In this document: piece after piece, positions 25,818 to 32,342 of the stretch
Numbering within the stretch: position 1 is the first letter of the stretch
How the letters are laid out: every line of letters starts with the position of its first letter
DNA from: Candidatus Zixiibacteriota bacterium
GTDB taxonomy: Bacteria; Zixibacteria; MSB-5A5; CAIYYT01
DNA length: 32,342 nt
Direction of reading: 5' to 3'
NCBI GenBank assembly: GCA_040235515.1
Contig: JBECKX010000119.1
Span: 1 to 32,342, forward strand
Made by a program: the position numbers and the translations under genes
The notes under the pieces: model-generated
The model's database searches: none
What the model saw: the letters and a program-made list of their open reading frames with translations, nothing else
What the model was told of the DNA's origin: nothing

Positions 25818-26915
25818 CTAACTGAACGCCTTGATTTGTTCAGCAGTGTACTTGATCTGATCCTCGGTCAATTCCGGAAACATCGGCAGACTCAGAATCT
25901 GATTGGCATACTCCTCGGTGCGCGGGAAAGTTCCTTTGCCCAATTCGAGGTGCTTGTATGCATTCTGCAGGTGTATCGGAATCGGGTAGTGGATCAATGC
26001 CCCGACACCTTTCTCTTTTATGTAGTCGAGCAGTTGATCTCTCTTCGGGTGGCGGACTACAAAGAGGTGATAGATATGTTTTCTGCCCTCCGCTTCGACA
26101 GGAAGCACCACGCTGCTTCCGGCCAGGTGCTTGCGGTAGAGGTCGGCGTTTTTTCTGCGTGCGTCATTCCAACTGTCCAGATGGTTCAGCTTGACCCCAA
26201 GAACCGCCCCCTGGATACCCTCCATTCGATAATTGTATCCAACCACGTCATGATAGTACTTCTGGTCGGAGCCGTGGTCGCGCAGTTTGCGAATCCGGGC
26301 GGCCAGTGCCGAATCGGAGGTTGTGATCGCGCCGCCCTCGCCATAGGCGCCGAGGTTCTTGCCCGGATAGAAGGAGAAGCAGCCGAGCTTTCCGAAGCTT
26401 CCGCAGCGTTTGCCCTTATATTCGGCGCCGTGCGCCTGGGCGGCATCCTCAATGACCGGGATGCGATGCTTGTCGGCGATCGCAATGATCGGATCGAGGT
26501 CGGCCGGCTGCCCGTAGAGGTGCACCGGAATAATAGCTTTCGTGTTCTTCGTGATTGCCGCCTCGAGGCGTTCCGGATCGAGGGTGTAGGTATCTTTATC
26601 ACAATCCACCAGGATGACTTTCGCGCCGGTGTAGCTGATCGCTTCGCAGGTTGCGATGAATGTATTGGCGGCGGTGATCACCTCGTCGCCCGGACCAACA
26701 TCGAGGGCCAACAGGGCGAGGTGAAGCGCGGTGGTGCCGGAGTTTACGGCGATGGCGTCGGCAGTCTGGCAGTAAGCGGCAAAGGCTTTCTCGAACTCAA
26801 AGACATTCTTGCCGAGCACAAAGGCCGCATCGGCGCATACCTGCTGGATCGCCGGATCTATCTCGGACTTCAGTGACTGATACTGCGCTCTAAGATCTAA
26901 AAAAGGGACCTGCAT
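25818..26915 (-). CDS. DegT/DnrJ/EryC1/StrS family PLP-dependent sugar aminotransferase
   Basis: Motifs VNSGTTALHLAL, IIPVHLYGQ, IEDAAQAHGA and FSFYPGKNLGAYGEGGA. Confidence 0.96.
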   Translation of the reverse strand: MQVPFLDLRAQYQSLKSEIDPAIQQVCADAAFVLGKNVFEFEKAFAAYCQTADAIAVNSGTTALHLALLALDVGPGDEVITAANTFIATCEAISYTGAKVILVDCDKDTYTLDPERLEAAITKNTKAIIPVHLYGQPADLDPIIAIADKHRIPVIEDAAQAHGAEYKGKRCGSFGKLGCFSFYPGKNLGAYGEGGAITTSDSALAARIRKLRDHGSDQKYYHDVVGYNYRMEGIQGAVLGVKLNHLDSWNDARRKNADLYRKHLAGSSVVLPVEAEGRKHIYHLFVVRHPKRDQLLDYIKEKGVGALIHYPIPIHLQNAYKHLELGKGTFPRTEEYANQILSLPMFPELTEDQIKYTAEQIKAFS

Positions 26916-26957
26916 GAAATCTCCTCTGAAAACTCCATCTGGGGAGGTTGACCACCG

Positions 26958-26986
26958 AAAGTATACAAATCACTACCTTATGTCAA
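26958..26986 (-). promoter_or_regulatory. Putative sigma70 promoter of the aminotransferase/glycosyltransferase operon
   Basis: TTGACA-17 bp-TACTTT on the minus strand (overlapping TGTATACT). Confidence 0.6.
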
Positions 26987-27004
26987 GGTGAGTCAGCCGG
27001 CGGC

Positions 27005-27022
27005 CGGTGTTCCGGAACACCG
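27005..27022. promoter_or_regulatory. Perfect 18-bp palindrome, candidate operator
   Basis: CGGTGTTCCGGAACACCG in the divergent intergenic region. Confidence 0.4.
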
Positions 27023-27309
27023 ATGATTTCGATCCTTGTCAGGCTGCGTGCGAATCGATTGTTGCTAAGATCGGCGGGGCGGCCTAAATTGAAGATAGGT
27101 TCAATGCTTAAGGCAGGATCGCTTGTTCGCGCCTGCCGCAACTCTCTCTGCTGCATTGGGCTGCCTTCACATAATCATTTAGCGGCTTTCACTCGGCGGA
27201 TTGCCTTAATCCGCACAATGCAGTCGACAATTTTGCCACGCACCATCTGTCTGACGCGCTCTGTTTGCACCAGTGAAACGCTCCCGCGTCATCGTTTGAG
27301 GAGGTTGAG

Positions 27310-28878
27310 ATGACAGAAATCCGATTATTCCGACTAAACCGCCGCCCGCTCTACGCAGCTGCTCTGAGCCTGCTCCTCTTGTCACTTGCAGCGACTCCCG
27401 CACAAGCTGTGATCCACGACGTGAGTATCTTTGATTTTGGATTCTCACCGACAAAAGTTCATGTCGCCTACGGGGATACCGTCCGCTGGACGGTGACCGG
27501 CGGCACCCACACCACGACATCCGATGTCGGCTCGCCCAAGAGCTGGAATTCAGGGACGATGATACCGGGCAATCAGTTTCTGCTGCAATTCGTGGCGGGT
27601 GACGGCCCCGGACCGTTTCCATATCATTGCGCGATTCATCCCGCCACAATGAAGGACACGATTTTTGTTGATTCGTGTGCTCTGCAAAGACCGGGGGATG
27701 TCAACACCGACGGGAGTTTCACCACCACGGACTTGACCTACCTGCTGGCATTCTTGTACAGCGGTGGTCCGGCTCCCGCGCCGCTGGCGAACGGCGATGT
27801 CAACGGGGACTGCTGCCTGGATACACTGGATGCAATCTACCTCTACGATTATCTCTTCCAGGGCGGACCGCTGCCTGTCGCCTGTACATGCCAGCAGCCC
27901 GCGATCTGTCCCGACAGCTGTGCTTTGATGATGCCGGGGGACCTCAACAGCAACGGTGCCTTCGAGATCGCGGATATCACTTTCCTGGTGTCTTACCTGT
28001 ATGGTGGTGGCGCAGCGCCAAACCCGCTGGCCAACGGCGATGTCGACGGCGACTGCTGCATCGACACGCTGGATATAGTGTATCTGACAAACTTTCTCGT
28101 CAACGGCGGTCCGCCGCCGGTGGAATGTACCTGCATCCAGCCGCTGCTTTGTATCGATAGCTGTGCAGCGCAGTTTCCGGGTGATGCGGACAGCGACGGC
28201 ACGATTGCAATTGGTGATTTAACTTTTCTGCAGTCATTCCTGCATTCCGGCGGACCGGCTCCCAACCCGCTGGCTAATGGCGACCCCAATGGCGATTGTT
28301 GTATCAACCAGGATGATATCGATTACCTGGTAGCGTATTTCACGCAGGGCGGGCCGCCTCCGGTCGACTGTACCTGTATGACTCCGCAGGCACAAACGCC
28401 GGGTGACCTGAATGGCGATGGCACCTACAATATCATCGACCTTCAGTTCTTGACGGCGTTTCTCCATGCCGGTGGACCTGCGCCGGTGCCGCTGGCCAAC
28501 GGCGATGTCAACGGGGATTGCTTCATAAGCCCGACAGATATCGACTATCTGAGCGATTTCCTCTTTGCAGGTGGACCGGCGCCGGTGATGTGCACATGCC
28601 ACATGCCGGAGATTTGTGATTGCAGACCGGGGGACGCCGATTTCAGCGGTACGATATCGATCGGGGATGCCGTCTATATCGTCAACTTCATTTTCGCCGG
28701 TGGGCCACCCCCGCAACCATACCCGATTTGCTCCGGTGATGCGGATATGTCCTGCGCGGTCTCGATTTCCGATGCTGTAACGATCATCAACTACATCTTC
28801 GGCGGCGGTCCGCCGCCCCCGGGGTGTGAGGATTGGGTGCAGCCGCTGCCGGCAGCGTGCGACTATCCGCTGCGATAG
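27310..28878 (+). CDS. Secreted cupredoxin (plastocyanin-like) domain protein with five tandem dockerin-like domains
   Basis: Signal peptide ending PAQA. FSP..V.V..GDTVRW, H(TTTS) and YHCAIHPATM give His-Cys-His-Met type-1 Cu ligands. Five paired GDxNxDG/GDxDGD modules start at 27694, 27937, 28180, 28402 and 28630. RBS GAGGAGG. Confidence 0.88.
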   Translation: MTEIRLFRLNRRPLYAAALSLLLLSLAATPAQAVIHDVSIFDFGFSPTKVHVAYGDTVRWTVTGGTHTTTSDVGSPKSWNSGTMIPGNQFLLQFVAGDGPGPFPYHCAIHPATMKDTIFVDSCALQRPGDVNTDGSFTTTDLTYLLAFLYSGGPAPAPLANGDVNGDCCLDTLDAIYLYDYLFQGGPLPVACTCQQPAICPDSCALMMPGDLNSNGAFEIADITFLVSYLYGGGAAPNPLANGDVDGDCCIDTLDIVYLTNFLVNGGPPPVECTCIQPLLCIDSCAAQFPGDADSDGTIAIGDLTFLQSFLHSGGPAPNPLANGDPNGDCCINQDDIDYLVAYFTQGGPPPVDCTCMTPQAQTPGDLNGDGTYNIIDLQFLTAFLHAGGPAPVPLANGDVNGDCFISPTDIDYLSDFLFAGGPAPVMCTCHMPEICDCRPGDADFSGTISIGDAVYIVNFIFAGGPPPQPYPICSGDADMSCAVSISDAVTIINYIFGGGPPPPGCEDWVQPLPAACDYPLR

Positions 28879-28940
28879 GCGCGGGGGAAAGGATGCTTAG
28901 AAAGGGTTGACAAAGCAGGGGGGTAACTGACGACGTCAAC

Positions 28941-28979
28941 GACCGGGTGGAAACGATGCTCCGCCCGGTCTATTTTTTT
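28941..28979 (+). terminator. Intrinsic terminator
   Basis: GACCGGGTGGA-aacgatgc-TCCGCCCGGTC followed by TATTTTTTT. Confidence 0.85.
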
Positions 28980-29092
28980 GTGGTGCTGCAGCGGGAGAGC
29001 TGTTGCGGAGCTTCACTAGAGAGCGTAAACTTTGAAACCTGCTCGCGGGCCGGGCGTTATAAAGGCTGTAAGCTCCAACCTCGGGAAGGTGT

Positions 29093-29872
29093 ATGTTCCG
29101 CAGAGAAGAAGAACAGCGCGACACTGAAGAGATCAGAGTTGTTACATCTCTCAGAGATACTCCGGAAGGCATCGAACTTGCCGGGAGCCGGTGGCGACTG
29201 CTCTTCTACTATGCGCGGTTGATCCTGGTTGCGCTGGTACTGGCATTCCTGGTGAAGGCTTTCGTGGTGGAGGCATACAACATTCCCTCCGAGTCGATGC
29301 GCAATACGTTGCTTGTCGGAGATTTTCTGCTGGCGGAGAAACTGACCTTTGGCCCAAGGATACCGTTCACGAATTTGCGGCTGCCCGCCATCAGCGATCC
29401 ACAGGTTGGAGATGTGATCGTGTTTCGTTCCCCCGAGGATGATGACAAGAGTTATATCAAGAGAGTGATCGCGGTGGGGGGAGATGAGGTACAGATTATC
29501 GACAAGACCGTGTTTATCAACGGAGTACCGGTCGATGACTCGCAGTACGCGATCCATTCCGATACAACCCTGCTCCCCAGGACATCCGCCTACCCGCGAG
29601 ACAACTTCGGGCCACTGCGGGTGCCGGAGGGGGAGTATTTCGTACTGGGTGACAACCGCGACAATTCATCCGACAGCCGTTTCTGGGGCTGCGTTCCGCG
29701 TGAATTGGTTACCGGGAAGGCATTGATGATCCATTGGTCGTGGCGACACGATTCCGATGCGCCGCGCGCATCCCTGGGAAATCCGCTTTCGTTGTTTAAG
29801 ACTGCGGCTTATCATGTCCGCAGCTTTCCTGATCATGTTCGCTGGGGCAGAGTATTCAAGACGATCGAGTAG
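29093..29872 (+). CDS. lepB: Signal peptidase I (copy 1)
   Basis: TM anchor, IPSESM (Ser), YIKRVIA (Lys) and GDNRDNSSDSRFWG. Confidence 0.93.
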   Translation: MFRREEEQRDTEEIRVVTSLRDTPEGIELAGSRWRLLFYYARLILVALVLAFLVKAFVVEAYNIPSESMRNTLLVGDFLLAEKLTFGPRIPFTNLRLPAISDPQVGDVIVFRSPEDDDKSYIKRVIAVGGDEVQIIDKTVFINGVPVDDSQYAIHSDTTLLPRTSAYPRDNFGPLRVPEGEYFVLGDNRDNSSDSRFWGCVPRELVTGKALMIHWSWRHDSDAPRASLGNPLSLFKTAAYHVRSFPDHVRWGRVFKTIE

Positions 29873-29896
29873 CGTCTTGCCAACATAGGAGAAGTG

Positions 29897-30646
29897 ATGA
29901 CAAAAACTATTTCACGTCAACAACGCAGCAAACAACCGGCTCGCTCAGCGCTGTCGTCGACGCTTTCGACGGTCAAGTCGCTGCTACTGGCGCTGGTGCT
30001 CGCTTTGTTGATCAAGCATTCGGTGATTGAGGCATACAATGTTCCGACCGGTTCGATGGAGGACACGATCCTCGTCGGTGACTTCCTGCTGGCGAATAAG
30101 TTCATCTACGGCTTCCATGTACCGCTGGTCGATGTCACACTCTTCAGCATCCGCGACCCCCAGCCGGGTGATATCGTCGTATTCAAATGGCCGGGCGATT
30201 CAACGACGAACTATGTCAAGCGCTGCATCGCGGTCGGCGGGCAGACCGTCGAGGTGAAAAACAAGAAAGTATATGTGGACGGTGTGCTCTTCAAGGACTA
30301 TCCACACACCAAGTTCACAGATCCTCATATCGATCCCCGGCGAGATAATTTCGGACCGTTCAAGGTGCCGGAAGGTCATTTCTTTATGATGGGGGATAAC
30401 CGTGATGATTCATTCGATTCCCGCTACTGGAATCGGGCCAACCCGCGAACTTCCGCCACCGTTCCCCGCCGGTTTATCCTCGGAAAGGCCCTGGTGGTTC
30501 ACTGGTCCTGGGGGCCTGCCCCGGATGTTGATGCGCCGCGCTGGGATTGGACGAGTCCTTCGAGCTGGCCGGCGAGTCTCTGGTATAATCTGGTTCATTT
30601 CCATGAGCGGGTACGCTGGGACAGGCTGGGTAAACTCCTCACGTAG
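29897..30646 (+). CDS. lepB: Signal peptidase I (copy 2)
   Basis: TM anchor, VPTGSM (Ser), YVKRCIA (Lys) and GDNRDDSFDSRYW. RBS AGGAGA; start is GTG 29894 or ATG 29897. Confidence 0.93.
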   Translation: MTKTISRQQRSKQPARSALSSTLSTVKSLLLALVLALLIKHSVIEAYNVPTGSMEDTILVGDFLLANKFIYGFHVPLVDVTLFSIRDPQPGDIVVFKWPGDSTTNYVKRCIAVGGQTVEVKNKKVYVDGVLFKDYPHTKFTDPHIDPRRDNFGPFKVPEGHFFMMGDNRDDSFDSRYWNRANPRTSATVPRRFILGKALVVHWSWGPAPDVDAPRWDWTSPSSWPASLWYNLVHFHERVRWDRLGKLLT

Positions 30647-30656
30647 CCTGTGGACT

Positions 30657-30710
30657 TTGTGAAAAAATTCGCAAATTAAGGTTGACTTTATCTCAATTCA
30701 TCTCTATTTT
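30657..30710 (+). promoter_or_regulatory. Rex-like operator adjacent to the sigma70 promoter of the ccm operon
   Basis: TTGTGAA-AAAA-TTCGCAA (30657-30674), followed by TTGACT (30682)-17 bp-TATTTT (30705). Confidence 0.65.
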
Positions 30711-30740
30711 CCCTGCGCAAGATCGAAGTAGGGAAATCGA

Positions 30741-31364
30741 ATGATTGGTGTGAGTTTAGAAGTCGCCGGACTGCGCAAAGAGTTCGGTGAACGCAAGGTA
30801 ATCAACGGGTTATCGTTCTCGATATCCTCCCCCGGTTCTCTTGGGGTCACGGGCCACAATGGCTCAGGCAAGTCGACCCTGATGAAACTCCTCTCCAGAA
30901 TAGAATATGCAACAGCGGGCAAGATTACCCTGAAAGATGGGGAACATGAGATTTCTCCGGAAAACTATATTGGCTATCTGAAAATGGTAGCCCCCGAAAT
31001 GGCGCTCTATGAGATGCTCACCGGCTATGAAAATCTGCAGTTTTTTGCCCGTTTGGTGGATGTGGAATGGTCGCGGGAACGGGCAGATCGGGTTCTGGAA
31101 CGGGTTGGCCTGGCCGGGCGGGGTGACGATATGGTCGGCGGTTATTCGTCGGGTATGAAACAGCGACTGAAGTATGCCGTGGCGCTGCTGCCGGAGCCAA
31201 AGGTGTTGCTGCTTGACGAACCGACCTCGAACCTCGATGAACAGGGCAAGGCAATCGTGCGCTCGATCATGGCTGAGCAACAACGAGAAAATATTTTGAT
31301 TGTCGCAACCAATGAAGCGGAGGACTTAGAGAGTGTCCAGCAGGTCATCCGGTTGGGTGAATAA
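30741..31364 (+). CDS. ccmA: Heme/cytochrome c maturation ABC ATPase CcmA
   Basis: Walker A GHNGSGKS, signature YSSGMKQR and Walker B LLLDEP; lies upstream of ccmB/ccmC. Confidence 0.88.
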   Translation: MIGVSLEVAGLRKEFGERKVINGLSFSISSPGSLGVTGHNGSGKSTLMKLLSRIEYATAGKITLKDGEHEISPENYIGYLKMVAPEMALYEMLTGYENLQFFARLVDVEWSRERADRVLERVGLAGRGDDMVGGYSSGMKQRLKYAVALLPEPKVLLLDEPTSNLDEQGKAIVRSIMAEQQRENILIVATNEAEDLESVQQVIRLGE

Positions 31365-32016
31365 AGCCAGAGCGGTACTGGTAAAGGATATCAGGACCGA
31401 ATTGCGGACGCGCTATTCGCTGAATGCGCTCTTCATGTTCGCATTTACCACGCTGGTGGTAGTCAGCTTCTCTCTGGGACAGGCATCATTGGGCCCCAGT
31501 ATCCTCGCGGCCCTTTACTGGATCGTGATTTTCTTCGCTTCCATGTCGGCGTTGGCCGGAGTTTTCATCAAGGAAGAGGACACCAAGACAGCGCAGACGC
31601 TGAAATTGTACGCCAGACCTTCCGTAATCTATACCGGCAAACTGATCTACAACATCATCCTGCTGTTGCTGTTGTGCTTGTTGGTAACCCCGTTGTTCGT
31701 TATTTTGATGCGAGTCGACGTTCCCGATCTGTCGCTCTTCATTGTCGTCATCCTGCTCGGCGCCATTGGCCTTGCGGGAGCAACAACTTTGATCGGTGCG
31801 ATCGTATCAAAGGCGAACGTACGCGGAGCACTTTTTGCGGTGTTGTCGTTTCCGATTCTGTTGCCATTGCTGGTGGCCGCTATTGGAGGCACTCAGGCGG
31901 CGCTGGCGGACGATGGCTGGGTAGGCGCCGCGAATGATATCAAACTTCTGATCGCATACGCTGTTATAATGATAGCGATATCGGTCGTTTTATTCGATTT
32001 TGTCTGGAATGGATAG
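31357..32016 (+). CDS. ccmB: Heme exporter protein CcmB
   Basis: Motifs KDIRTELRTR and LFAVLSFPILLPLL with about six TM helices. Probable GTG start at 31357 overlapping the ccmA stop. Confidence 0.9.
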   Translation: MNKARAVLVKDIRTELRTRYSLNALFMFAFTTLVVVSFSLGQASLGPSILAALYWIVIFFASMSALAGVFIKEEDTKTAQTLKLYARPSVIYTGKLIYNIILLLLLCLLVTPLFVILMRVDVPDLSLFIVVILLGAIGLAGATTLIGAIVSKANVRGALFAVLSFPILLPLLVAAIGGTQAALADDGWVGAANDIKLLIAYAVIMIAISVVLFDFVWNG

Positions 32017-32022
32017 AGGTAC

Positions 32023-32342
32023 GTGCTAAGACAGATTTTACAGATTGGATTGTTCCTGGTGCTGGCCGGTGTAATCTGGTTCAGCTTTTCCTCACCCGCT
32101 CCGCAGCAACAGATAGGGGAGGCTTCACGCATTTTCTACTACCATATTCCGGTGGCCTGGCTCACGGTATTGGCCTACTGCGTAAACCTCGTCTACTCAA
32201 TCAGATTCCTGCGCACCAAGCGGGAACTGGACGATTACCGTGCCCTGTGGTCGGCTGAGATCGGGACGATGTTTTGCGTGCTCGCGACTATCAGCGGGGC
32301 GTTGTTCGCCAAGGTGACCTGGGGAGTATACTGGAACTGGAG
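32023..32342 (+). CDS. ccmC: Cytochrome c maturation protein CcmC (truncated by the window end; not in the ORF track)
   Basis: Manual translation from GTG 32023: MLRQILQIGLFLVLAGVIWFSF...RIFYYHIPVAW...ATISGALFAKVTWGVYWNW, which includes the conserved His and the start of the tryptophan-rich WWD motif. Confidence 0.9.
   Translation, partial: MLRQILQIGLFLVLAGVIWFSFSSPAPQQQIGEASRIFYYHIPVAWLTVLAYCVNLVYSIRFLRTKRELDDYRALWSAEIGTMFCVLATISGALFAKVTWGVYWNW

Noticed and set aside
25836..26876. 346-aa plus-strand ORF
   Set aside because: It is an antisense shadow of the well-supported DegT aminotransferase and has no recognisable motifs. Such shadows are common in GC-rich coding DNA.
32320..32342. CcmC motif continues WNW-AG.. 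rather than the usual W-D
   Set aside because: The codon is cut by the window edge, so it cannot be interpreted as a real variant or frameshift.

Overview
Bacterial chromosomal window, probably from candidate phylum Zixibacteria or a related FCB lineage (inferred from dockerin-tailed secreted proteins plus a QNYPNPFNP-type C-terminal sorting domain). Housekeeping content: tRNA-Pro(UGG), ETF:quinone oxidoreductase, bcp, a Rieske ferredoxin, pyrR-pyrB-pyrC with a PyrR-binding leader, two tandem lepB genes, ccmA-ccmB and a truncated ccmC, and an SPFH + Arc/RHH pair. A cell-surface amino-sugar modification cluster comprises a DegT aminotransferase, an ArnT-like GT-C, an ArnC-like GT2, a GT4, a deacetylase and a FemAB-like GNAT. 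Most interesting: (1) an orphan three-gene operon (9868-14252) that reads as adaptor / signal-less NlpC/P60 peptidoglycan-hydrolase effector / lipoprotein immunity for a contractile injection or T6SS-like system; (2) a consensus sigma54 promoter with upstream repeats and an IHF-like site that points at a structured, apparently non-coding ~100-150 nt region between convergent genes (candidate new sRNA); (3) a secreted type-1 copper protein with five tandem Cys-rich dockerins, only the last of which matches the dockerin of an S8 protease in the window; (4) a Rex-like box before ccmABC, a sigma28-like promoter before the deacetylase/GNAT pair, GATATC boxes at the SPFH promoter, and 12-bp-repeat disordered tails on PyrR and the GT2. 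No CRISPR array, integrase, transposase or rRNA was seen. All calls come from motif reading by eye, without database searches.
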